Origin: Octopus vulgaris
Taxonomy: Eukaryota
Direction of reading: 5' to 3'
NCBI GenBank assembly: GCA_951406725.2
Contig: OX597815.1
Span: 208,320,001 to 208,384,000 of the forward strand
Length of the DNA: 64,000 nucleotides
Part shown: one piece after another, positions 52,488-64,000 of the stretch
Layout of the letters: each line of letters opens with the position of its first letter
How positions within the stretch are numbered: the first letter of the stretch is position 1
The notes under the pieces: generated by a model
Seen by the model: the letters and a program-made list of their open reading frames with translations, nothing else
Told to the model about the DNA's origin: nothing
Databases searched by the model: none
Program-made: the position numbers and the translations under genes

Positions 52488-52869
52488 TCTCTCTATATAT
52501 AAACGGCAGTTTGTCTGTGCGTGTTTCTGTGTGTCTGTTTGCTTGTACCCTCACCCTGACCACGGCTTTCAACCGATTCTGATGAAACTTGACACACACA
52601 TAGCCCAATGTCATAATTCAAAACTAACGCAGCGAAAATTTTGAAAAGTTCCCCCAGTTCTGAAAAATCGATAAATTCGACATGGGGTCGAGAATCAGAA
52701 ACACAAACAGCAAACTGTCTAGGGGACGCAACTCCACCTTTTTTACTCTCAAAAAGAATTTACCATCATTTTTTTTCCATTTTTTTGCTATTTTTTTGGC
52801 TATAACTCTCTAAAAATGCTTTATAGTTATTTCCCTTACAAACCTGAGCAACGCCGGGCGATACTGCTA

Positions 52870-52870
<1 letters not shown>
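52488..52870 (+). mobile_element. Non-autonomous Helitron
   Basis: A|TC start, CAACCGATT.TGATGAAACTT motif and subterminal hairpin C.TGAGC-AAC-GCCGGG. CTAG|T end. Confidence 0.8.
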
Positions 52871-52915
<45 letters not shown>

Positions 52916-53390
52916 GTAAGGACCCCCTTCGGTCATGAATGACCATGGGATTGCACCTAGAAAGTTACCCTCCTAGACACAGGTCCGGGCAAGGTTGTTT
53001 ATGGAAGACCAGCAGTCGCCCGTGCATACCAGCCTCCCCTCTCCACGCCACAAGTGTTATCCAAGGGAAAGACAAAGGTCGATACAGCTTGGCACCTGTG
53101 ACGTCACAACTCATTTCTACAGCTGAGTGAACTGGAACAACGTGAAATAAAGTGCCTTGCTCAAGAACACAACACGCAGCCCGGACCAGGATTCGAGCTC
53201 ACAACCTCACGATCGTAAGCTCGACGCTCTAACCACTGAGCCATGCGCCTTCACTTTATATATATATATACATATGTATATATATATATATATATATATA
53301 TTTTGTACTTACGTTACAGTCCTGTTTTTGTTACCATTTTTACCCCTCCGCAAGAAAATCTCAAATTTTATTTAATTTGATTTTCGCGGG

Positions 53391-53481
53391 AAGGAAAGTT
53401 TCATTGAAAACATGTATCGCCTTGACCTTCGAAACATGGAGTAGATGAAACAAAGGCGACTGAAGAAGGGGAATTTTCCTT
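53391..53481 (+). ncRNA. Type II-topology hammerhead-like motif in a pLTR (53300-53660)
   Basis: AAGGAAAGTTTCATT-GAAA-ACATG-TA-TCGCCTT..AAGGCGA-CTGAAGA-AGGGGAATTTTCCTT. 14 of 15 stem II positions pair, counting G-U. Confidence 0.65.
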
Positions 53482-53667
53482 GTTTTGTATGTCCTGTTGT
53501 TTAAGAAAAATGTCCATTTCCTTGGTTTTGTGTTTATATTTTCGTTTCTCATTGTGTTCAACGTTTTTTTGGTGTCCTGTACCCATATATGCATGTATAT
53601 ATACATGTACATGTAGGTAGGTACATATATGTATGTATATATGCATATTATTTATATATTAATTTAT

Positions 53668-53698
<31 letters not shown>

Positions 53699-53950
53699 GT
53701 GTGTGTCTGTCTGTCTGTATTACAGGCTTTTTCTATTTCCTTCTACTAAATCTGCTCACAAGGCTTTGGTTGGTATGGAACTATAGTAAAAGACACTTGT
53801 CCGAAGTGCTAAGCAGTGGCACTGAAGCTGAAACCATATGGATATGAAACAAGCTTCTCAATCATTTAGCCATATCTGCATCTCATACAGGAGAGAGAAA
53901 AAGATGCTTAGTACACATAAGGGAAATTAGATTATAATACTTCTTATATA

Positions 53951-54335
53951 AGGTGCAGGAGTGGCTGTGTGGTAAGTAGCTTGCTAACCAACCACATGGT
54001 TCCGGATTCAGTCCCACTGTGTGGCAACTTGGGTGAGTGTCTTCTGCTATAGCCCTGGGCCGACCAATGCCTTGTGAGTGGATTTGGTAGACGGAAACTG
54101 AAAGAAGCCTGTCGTATATACATATATATGTACGTGTGTGTTTGTGTGTCTGTGTTTGTCCCCCTAACATTGCTTGACAACCGATGCTGGTGTGTTTATG
54201 TTCCCGTCACTTAGCAGTAGAATAAGTACTGGGCTTACAAAAATAAGTCCCGGGGTCGATTTGCTCGACTAAAGGCGGTGCTCCAGCATGGCCGCAGTCA
54301 AATGACTGAAACAAGTAAAAGAGTAAAAGAGTAAA
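53951..54335 (+). mobile_element. SINE family A
   Basis: Family homology. Confidence 0.9.
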
Positions 54336-54693
54336 TATCCATACCTACAACTATGAGACCTACCATTTGAAGGTTGTTCTCGTTTGACCCTAAGAAATTA
54401 TGTTAAACCTACTTATATTTCTGAAATGTATCAGTATGCATGCTATTTTGTGAGTGTATGTGTGTGTGTGTGTGTGTACGTGTGCATGCGTAAGAGTGTG
54501 TTTTGTGTTCGTTTTGCAATAATAAATAATGGTTTGGAGGTAGTTTTGACGTTCCTATTCACGATATTTTCGTATTTACTTTTGTTGATAGCAATAAATT
54601 TCCTAGACTGATCGATGTTTATCGTTCAAGATCGTCTTGATCATAACTTCTGAATGAACTGGTATTAATGATGGTTATCTATAATATCTATTT

Positions 54694-54715
54694 CATACAC
54701 ACACACATGTATGTA

Positions 54716-54757
<42 letters not shown>

Positions 54758-55310
54758 TACATATATACATGCATACTTACATATACAAACACACACACAC
54801 ATATATATATACATATATATGTAAGTATGCATGTATGTATGTATATATATATATGTGTGTGTGTGTGTTTGTATATGTAAGTATGTATGTATGTATATAT
54901 ATATGTGTGTGTGTGTTTGTATATGTAAGTATGCATGTATATCATCATCATTAAACAATGATGATGATATGCATACTTACATATACAAACACACACACAC
55001 ATATATATATATATACATACATATACATACACACACACATATATATATATATATACATACATACATATACAAACACACACACACATATATATATATACAT
55101 ACATACATATACAAACACACACACACACATATATATATATATACATACATACATATACAAACACACACACACATATATATATACATACATACATACATAT
55201 ACAAACACACACACACATATATATATACATACATATATATATATATATACATACATACTTACACATACAACCACACACACACACATATACATGCATACTT
55301 ACATATACAA

Positions 55311-55342
<32 letters not shown>

Positions 55343-55392
55343 GTGTATATATATATACACACACATACAAATATATGTGTGTGTGTATGTGT
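54694..55392. repeat. Compound minisatellite built from TA/CA/TACA blocks, with an internal inversion around 54820-54970
   Basis: Unit ~CATACATATACAAACACACACACACATATATATATA. GCATACTTACATATACAAAC occurs in both orientations. Confidence 0.85.
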
Positions 55393-57099
55393 ATCATCAT
55401 CATCATCATTTGATGTCCGTTGTCCATGTTGGCATGGTATGGATGGTTTGACTGGGCTGGCACACTGGAAAAATGCACCAGACACTCCAATTTGATTTGG
55501 CATGGTTTCCTATGGCTGGATGCCCTTCCTAACACCAACTCCTCTGAGGGTGTAATGGGTGCCACCAGTATGAATGCCATTTGCATGACACTGAGGTGTG
55601 TTTACATGCCAGCAGCATGGGTACCAGTTTGTGTGACACAGGTATCTACCATGACTGCGATTTTACTCAGCTTGATGGGTCTTAAATATGTGTGTTTGTG
55701 TGTGAAGGTGCATGGCTCAGTGGTTGGAGTGTCGAGTTGACGATTGTGAGGTTGTGTAAACACAACCGGTGTTGGTGTGCTTACATCCCTGTAACTTGTA
55801 GTTTGGTAAAAAGATGAATAGAATAAGTGACAAGCTTTTAAAAGCAAGCACCGGGGTTGATTCCTTCAACTAAAATCCTTCAAAGAGCTGCCCCAGCATG
55901 GCCATGGTTTAATGATTGAAACAAGTAAGAGATAAAAGATAAAATTTATGCATTGTCCTTATCATATAATGTCCATTTTCCATTCTGAGATTGGATTGGA
56001 TGATTTGACAGGGGCTGGTGAGTCAGAAGACTGCACCAAACCTGACATTCCGGATGCCCTTCTTAACACCTACCACTTTACAGAGTGTCTTGGCTGCTTT
56101 TTATGAGGCATTGGCACCATAAATGTCACCAAGTAACCGGTGAAGCAATGACCTCTTGGGCTGAAAGTGGCAAAATATTTTCATGGTCAGCCTCTCTCTC
56201 TCTCTCTTCTTTTACTTGATCATCTCGTTTAAATTTTGATTACTCAACCATCTCATTTATATTCTGATCCCCGTCAGTTTTGTGTATGCCCAGCATTTTG
56301 CCCCCATCTATCTCCTGTTTTTTCTTGCACCCCTGCTGTCAGCTCCCCCTCTCTTTCTTCCTGCTTTTCCCTCAGGTCGGGTAACCATGTATCTACTTTA
56401 CAGCAGCTCAACAGTTCCTCTCCTCATTTGCTCTCTCTCTCTTCCTCTCACACTGGCCAGGTAAGCATGTACATCCCCCACAGTAAGACACCTGTTTCTG
56501 TGACTGTCTTACATAACCTTTCATCATCTGACACAAGATCACCTCCTTCAATGCCCCCTCCCCTCTCAAAGGACCTTTGTCTTGCAAGTTACTTGGTGAC
56601 CCTGCTGGTGCTTGTGCCACATAAAAAGCACTCAGTCCATTCTGCTGGGTGTTGGCGTTAGGAAGGGCATCCAGCCATAAAAACCTTGCCAAAACAGACA
56701 CAGAAGTCTGGTGCAGGCCCCTACCAGGTCAGCTCCCGCCAAAGCATCCAACCAATTCCAGCATGGAAGGAGGACTTTAAATGATGATAATGGTGTTGAT
56801 GACTCTTGATATTACCCCCAGAAACTACCCACTTCTGCAAGCTCATTTACATATCTACCTTTTTATCTTTTACTTGTTTCAGTCATTAGACAGTGGCCAT
56901 GCTGGGGCACCACTTTGAAGAATTCTAGCCAAACGAATTGACCCCACTACTTATTTATTTGAAGCCTGGTATATATTCTATCAGTTTCATTTGTCAAACC
57001 TCTAAGTTATGGGGATGTAAATACAACAACACTGGTTGTCAAGCGGTAGAAGACGACAAAAATAGATAAGAAGACATGCACACACACACACACATATAC

Positions 57100-57130
<31 letters not shown>

Positions 57131-57489
57131 TATACATATATACATTCAGTCAGCCAAAAGCTATAGTAAAGGGTGGCAAACTGGCAGAAACGTTAGCACG
57201 CCGGGCAAAATGCATAGACGTATTTCGTCTGTCGTTACATTCTGAGTTCAAATTCCGCTGAGGTCGACTTTGCCTTTCATCCTTTCGGGGTCGATAAATT
57301 AAGTACCAGTTACGCAATGGGGTCGATGTAATCGACTTAATCCCTTTGTCTGTCCTCTCTATGTTTAGCCCCTTGTGGGTAGTAAAGAAATATATAGTTA
57401 TATGCCCAATGTGCCACACAGTGGAACTGAACCCAGAACCATGTGGTTGGAAAGCAACTTCTTACCATGCAGCCATTCCTGTACCTATA

Positions 57490-57526
<37 letters not shown>

Positions 57527-57528
<2 letters not shown>

Positions 57529-57900
57529 ATATATACATATACATACATGCATACAAATATATATATATACATGCATACAAATATATATATATACATGCAT
57601 ACAAATATATATATACATACATACAAATATATATATACATACATACAAATATATATATATACATACATACATACAAATATATATATATACATACATACAT
57701 ATATATATATATACATACATACATACAAATATATATATACATACATACAAATATATATACATACATACAAATATATACATACATACATACATACAAATAT
57801 ATATACATACATACATACAAATATATATACATACATACATACAAATATATATACATACATACATACATACATACATACAAATATATATATATATATATAA
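57527..57900. repeat. Compound minisatellite (TACA)n-AA-(TA)n, ~20-26-bp unit
   Basis: Direct reading. Confidence 0.9.
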
Positions 57901-59523
57901 GTACATACATGCATATGTGTGTGTGTGTATTAAGTTGCAGGAGTGGAGAGGGAGAGATAAACATAGTGCATGTAGGAGAGGAAATGTAGTTTGGTTTATT
58001 GGGGTGGGGTAGGGTATGAGAAAAATTTTATACTACATGTGGGCAGAACATACACCACTTCCTCCTGAGCTCAGTTTCACTGAGGTAGGCGGATCTTCTC
58101 AATACATACATATATAGAAATATATCTACACACATATATTAATTGACTAGATAATAAAAGTGAAGTGAGACAATCCATTAGTTGACAGCTGTTTCATAAT
58201 CTGTGTTAGTTACATAAGCACCACATCATCTGTCATCCATATATCAATAGTCGATTGGAGATGGGTTGATGGCTCCTGTGAATACACCACAGCGACAGCA
58301 GCCAACATCATAACATATGTCACCACCGCCAATCTCCCACCACCACTGCCACCACCATGGGAAAATATGTCCCAACAACCATGTCCAGCAGATGGACAGT
58401 TGCTGCTGCTGCTGCTAAACCAAGCGTTGAGTAGTTTTTAAAAAAAATATATTTCTTTATTGCCCACAAGGGGCTAAACATAGAGGGGACAAACAAATAC
58501 AGACAAAGGGATTAAGTCAACTACATCGACCCCAGTGCGCAACTGGTACTTTATTTATCGACCCCGAAAGGATGAAAGGCAAAGTCGACCTCGGCGGTGT
58601 TTGAACCCAGAACGTAATGACAGACGAAATACCGCTGAGTATTTCGCCCGGCGTGCTAACGTTTCTGCCAGCTCGCCTTTTTATTAAAAGAATAATAAAA
58701 TCAATGTAAATACACATTTCTTAGACTGCTCCCTTCAGAAGATAGCCCTCTGTGCTCAAAATATAAAGGGCAATACCCTGGAACATGTCTGCAGATGCCT
58801 GACCAGCAAGGGGAAACAGCTGACCTCCCCTGTTCGAAGGACACGGGTTTGTGTGTCATATAGCTAGCAAGAGGCAATGGCCTCTTGGAGCTAATCAACA
58901 GCAGCTTTAGTCTTATATTTATGGACTGCCATATTAGCTTGGTGATAACTGTTAATATAAAAAGTTCTTTTTGTAAAACTTTCTGCATAGTTAGTAACTT
59001 ACCTTATCTCCTCTTTTTTTTCATTTTCTACTTCTGTATTATGATGCTTCAAGTGAACTACAATGCTCATATGTGTGTATGTGTGTGCGTACGTGCGTGT
59101 GTGTGAAAGTGAGTGTGTGTATTATCTTCCTTTCAGCTTCTACTTCCAGTGAAAGCTGATTACATCATTTTCTCTAAACTAGAACGTATACTTTCCATGT
59201 TTATATTTGAATTTTTAGCGTTTCAATAATTTTTCTCTGATTTTATGCATTCTCGAATTTGATGGATGTATAGTGGTACATAAGCCAACTCATGAAATCT
59301 CTAGTGAGACTTTTTATTAATGTACCCAAAGAAACCCAGAATGGGTCAAAACATGTGTTGTACCCAATAAAGTCTATTACACATTCCTTCTCCTACTTTA
59401 TTAATACTGTTACCCAACTGGTCCTGCAAAGTTCCTGCAGCAAGTCTACAGATACCAACAGGTAATCAAAACTATGCTAGTTCTTTACTGATCATCCATT
59501 TATACATTTTGTACAATTTCCCC

Positions 59524-59565
<42 letters not shown>

Positions 59566-59741
59566 TAAGAGATAGAACCTCCATAAAGTAATTCAAATAA
59601 TACTAAAAGATATCATATAAATTTAAATATATTATTATTAACGTTGTACTAAAAATTTCTACACATTAAAACGACTTTATTATTAATATCGTGCTAAAAA
59701 TTTCTATACTAAATAACATACATAAAAATACACATTAAAAT

Positions 59742-59846
59742 GACAACGTGCATTTCATGACTATGTATACGAATCTACAATATCAAAATTGATAATCAAA
59801 AATTAATATTTCTTTGATCCAACGATACATAGCCACTCTTCAGGTC
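59742..59846 (-). ncRNA. Type I hammerhead-like motif with long stem II in a (TA)n-flanked PLE-like element (~59560-59992)
   Basis: GAC-CTGAAGA-GTGGCTATGTAT..ATACATAGTCAT-GAAA-TGCAC-GTT-GTC, with a 12-bp stem II. Confidence 0.65.
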
Positions 59847-60249
59847 TCAATATCATTAAATAAATTTACAACATAGATGAAGACGTTATAATTACACTAT
59901 ACTTTATACTAGCTACGGCGGTACATATTCATTCAATCAATATAAATAATTGATAAGATTTAACAATATTAAGGAAAATTATGAGCATGACTTATATATA
60001 TATATATATATATATCCATATATATATGTATGTGTGTGTGTGTGTGTGTCTATATCCATAACTATAACTGTGCAGTAACATAATCAACAGATTATGCTTC
60101 AGAACATTCCATGGTGGGTTAAAATGCATTTATACTTATATACATACACATGCAAAAATATAAACATACATGTATGTATTCATGCATGTATATATTAGTT
60201 CCAGTATAAATCTTAAGGTGGAACTTATATGGGTAGTGTAGCCGTCTTC

Positions 60250-60500
60250 TCCACAGAGCACAAGTTGTAGTTCTTCTGCTGCTTGTATGCCTTAATGTCT
60301 TCAACAGCATTAATATCATACCCAAATCTTACACTGGCTTAACCAAGAACACTTTGAAATCTCGATTCTATCAGGATATCTATTCATTCAGAAACATGAG
60401 CAGAAAAGTAAACACCAGCTTGTCTGAATGTCTGAATATATAGAATCATTGAAAGACCAGCAGAATATCAAGCTTAAGATCAAGCAGAAAATTGCAGACA
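60250..60500 (+). pseudogene. Decayed Penelope GIY-YIG endonuclease remnant
   Basis: KSYTGLTKNTLKSRFYQDIYSFRNMSRKVNTSLSE..LKDQQNIKLKIKQKI. Confidence 0.6.
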
Positions 60501-60520
60501 CACACACACACACATATATA

Positions 60521-61245
60521 TATAGGTGCAGGCGTAGCTGTGTGGTAAGAAACTTACTTCCCAACCACATGGTTCTGGGTTCAGTTCCACAGCAGAGCAC
60601 CTTGAGCAAGTGTCTTCTACTAAAGCCTTGGACCAACCAAAGCCTTATGAATGGATTTGGCAGATGGAAACTGAAAGAATCCCATATATATATCTATGTG
60701 TATGTATCTCTGTGTGTTTGTTCCACACCACTACTTGACAACCAGTGGTGGTGTGTTTATATCCTTGTAATTTAGCAGTTCAGCAAAAGAGACTGACAAA
60801 ATAAGAACAAGTAAAAGATGAATATATTCGCCATTAGAGTTTGCTGAGTCATCCGTAGAGCTAAGTGCTTTGTGGATGCAAAATCATTGGTCTCTATGAT
60901 CAGACATACCCTTAAATGCATCATCATCATCATCATCATTTAACGTCTGTTTTCCATGCTAGCAACGGTTGGATGATTCGACCAGGGTCTGGGAAGCCAG
61001 GAGGCTGCACCAGGCTCCAGTCTGATCTGGTAGTGTTTCTACAGTTGGATGCCCTTCCTAACGCCAACCACTCCGTGAGTGTAGTGGGTGCTTTTTACGT
61101 GCCACCTGCACTGGTGCCAGGCAAGGTTGACAGTGGAAACAATTGGTTGATGCCTTTTACGTACCACCGGCATGGAAAAAAAAAAAGCACCAACCGATCA
61201 TGGCCGCTGCCATCCTCCCCTGGCACCTGTGCCAGTGGCACATAA
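60521..61245. mobile_element. SINE family A (60521-60815, +) and family C (60918-61245, -)
   Basis: Family homology. Confidence 0.8.
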
Positions 61246-61247
61246 AA

Positions 61248-61278
<31 letters not shown>

Positions 61279-62399
61279 TCAAATACCATACAACATAAGT
61301 TTTTGATTTATTAAAATTCTCTCCAGCTTTAGAGGGTATGTCGCAATTACCAAATGGCAATTGAGACCAGCTCTATAGAAGAAGGAGAGATAATCTCACA
61401 AATCAAGAACTCTCCAAAACTGACATGCCATGATTCTCCTGTCATCAATGGAAGAAGTTAAAAATAATTTTCATGTCCTTTGACAATATTTTGTACAAGT
61501 ATTTTTCATTTTGTTCGCATTTTTTTTTTTTATAATTACTATTAATATTTGAATTTGTATTAAGTTACATGCAAATTTCTCTTGAATTTCTTTGTCTGAT
61601 AGTATTCTAACATTTTAATGGAAAATCGTTGAAATACAAGTAGCTTATTCTAACATGCATCATTCTTCAGAAGACATTTAAAAAAATAAAAAAAACCTAT
61701 ATTTTTTGTGTTGAAATTCTTAAAACGACTTCTGAATTTCTCTCTTCTTGCTTTCTAGCATTTTTACGAAAAACCTGTTGAGATACAAGTAGCATTTTCA
61801 ACATGCAATTATACTTTAATTGAAATTAAAAAGGAAAACTTTATTTTTCAAGTTATTTTCTCTTGTTTTTACATTGAAATCCCTCAAACAACCTCTGAAT
61901 TTCTTTGTATACTCCTATTTTGGCATTTTACCAAAAGCCTATTGAAATACAAGTTACTTTTTTTATCATGTCCAATTCTTCAATGGAAATTTAAAAAAAA
62001 AAAAACCCTGTTTTCTTCAATTTTTTTCACTATATTTTTGCAAATTTCATAATTAACTAAGTTCATATTTTTGGATGATTATTTATATTTCCACAAGATC
62101 ACATGCACATTTTACCTTGAAATTCTCCAAAACAATTTTTGAACTGCTTTTTTTTTTTATTTATCCGTATATTTGTAATAATATAATTAGCAAATTGTCA
62201 TTGTAATAAATGGTTATTTTATTCTTTTAATGCTTGGGATTCATTTGTTTTCATATGACAAGAATAACAAAAATTTAATAGCATGACAACAGTTTTTACA
62301 TGGAACTATATTATATTTACTCTTCTGTTAATTGACCATAAAATAAATGTTCATTTAATACTTTTCCATGTAGGGCATATGTGGCTTTGATGCATTTCT

Positions 62400-63800
62400 T
62401 CATTGCTTATTTACAGTTTAAATTCCAACAATGAAGCACCAGGAAAACAGTGTAATTTCCAAGAAAAATTTCAATAACTGATTCAAGACAATCTCAAGAT
62501 GAAAGAAAATTCTTCAACAATTTCAATGAGTGATAACCTTTTATGGAAGCAAGAATTTCTTGAACATCAAACTTCAATATTTGTGTGATAAAATTCCAAA
62601 AACTGTAAAGGATGAAAGAAGAACTCTGGCAGATCGCTGGAATATGGCCGAGAAGTTCAATAGGTTACTCATTATCAAGAAGAAACCTGGTTGTGATTAC
62701 TGCTCAACAATTGAGCCCATAGGCATCAAGGGAATCCAGGTTTGAAGTGAATGAAGAAGTTGCAATTTTGAAGAATAGGAACCAAATAAAGTCATCTTGC
62801 AGGCAACATTGAGAATAAAATGCAAACAAAGTACAACTATTTCTCATCAAAATTAGATCCTTTACCCCAACCTTTTCTATGACCTCTGTCTAATTTAATT
62901 CCTGACTAAAATTAAGGCAGCTAAGTTCATTGAAAAGTATCATATTCCACTACAGTTTGAGATATCACAGGAGTAAAAGAAGTTATGATGAGATGTGCTC
63001 AAAGATGGGAGAATAATGCATAAATGCAACTTCTCAGATGTATTATTTTTCTTACTTCTGTAGTTTTTTGTTTAAATTACCTTTCAGTAAGAAAAATCTA
63101 AATGAAAAGGGCATACCTACACAAGCATGCCCCACACTGCCTGATTTTGTTTCCTCTCACAAAAATGGTTATTTGTAATGCAATTTCCTACATATTCATT
63201 GAAGATGATGTAGATTATAATTATATTGGCATTTAATGTAAAAAGAATTGGTCATTGTGTGCACATACATACATCACATATGTCACAATTCTTCCAAAAT
63301 TTCACATTGTTTTATAGATATATATGATGTGTGTCAGTTTGTATGTACACCCAACAATATTTTCCTTTTTTCCACATTACCTTCCAATATCATTGTAATC
63401 TACACCATCTCAAAAATATTAATAGAAAATTTCATTAAAAATACTTATTTTTCTATAAGTTATGAGGAAATAAAGTCAAAACTGGTACAATAGAAAAAGT
63501 AAAGTGGTCGGATATTAATAAAAGTAAGCTCTAAATTCAGCTTTAAACCATAATAACTCTATAGCTTTTATAATATATTTAGTATAATTATATTTATTTG
63601 AAAGCTCTCAATGAAAGGACTAGTTCTGTAAACCAAATGAAAATTGGTGCAGTAGAAAAAAAAAACGTAGAGGGCAAGAATATGTCAAACTGAAAAAGGT
63701 GTAATACTTGATATGGTCTTAAATCATATTTCTATTATTTCTGGGAGTTAAATGGTATAGTTAGGCTTTCTTAAAAGACTGAAATTGGATGAATCTAGTC
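62400..63800 (+). pseudogene. Possible very old Helitron Rep/Hel coding remnant
   Basis: Scattered fragments (KLDPLPQP, ITGVKEV, YFWELNG) loosely recall motifs upstream of Helitron Rep. Many stops. Confidence 0.2.
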
Positions 63801-64000
63801 AGGGCTGCCTTAACAACATTATAGATCTCAAAGCAAATTAGTGCATTAGGTCTTATAGTATTTATCTGTTGACAGCAAGCCACAACATAAATAGATCAGA
63901 ATTGGACCTGTAGACTCATGAGGCTCATGGGCAACTGCCCACTTGCAAACACAAACTTCATTTTGTGAAACTCTTCATTGAAAAATCAAGGAGATCACAT

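Noticed and set aside
52585-52600. CTGATGAAAC near 52579-52588 in the Helitron as a hammerhead
   Set aside because: There is no stem II between CTGATGA and GAAA; it is a common Helitron internal motif.
58701-58988. 95-aa minus-strand ORF
   Set aside because: No recognisable domain or convincing splice sites.
59322-59365. GTAC-CCAAAGA-AACCC..GGGTC-AAAA-CATGT..GTAC as a hammerhead
   Set aside because: The layout is suggestive, but several core bases are wrong, so it is at best a dead relic.

Overview
AT-rich, microsatellite- and repeat-dense eukaryotic DNA. The SINE families resemble those of octopus/cephalopods (inference). There is no long intact host ORF, and most of the ORF track is translated microsatellite or SINE. 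The window holds about 25 copies of a tRNA-headed SINE with a central (TA/TG)n tract, Nin/Deu-domain SINEs (one a 5-unit higher-order tandem), and LINE remnants (CR1, RTE, R4/Dong). It also holds a fragmented Ty3/Gypsy pol, Tc1/mariner, piggyBac and hAT MITEs, two non-autonomous Helitrons and an intron-containing tRNA-Lys(TTT) gene or pseudogene. The most striking signal is at least ten unrelated short Penelope-like (PLE) elements, mostly inserted at (TA)n and several arranged as fold-backs, each carrying a hammerhead-ribozyme fold. These folds include canonical minimal type I forms, circularly permuted type II-topology forms and compensated core variants (G3-C8, U3-A8) with covarying stems. 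Four small minus-strand exons may join into a signal-peptide-encoding gene with a possible mutually exclusive exon pair. All folds and splices were read by eye and are untested, and repeat boundaries are approximate.
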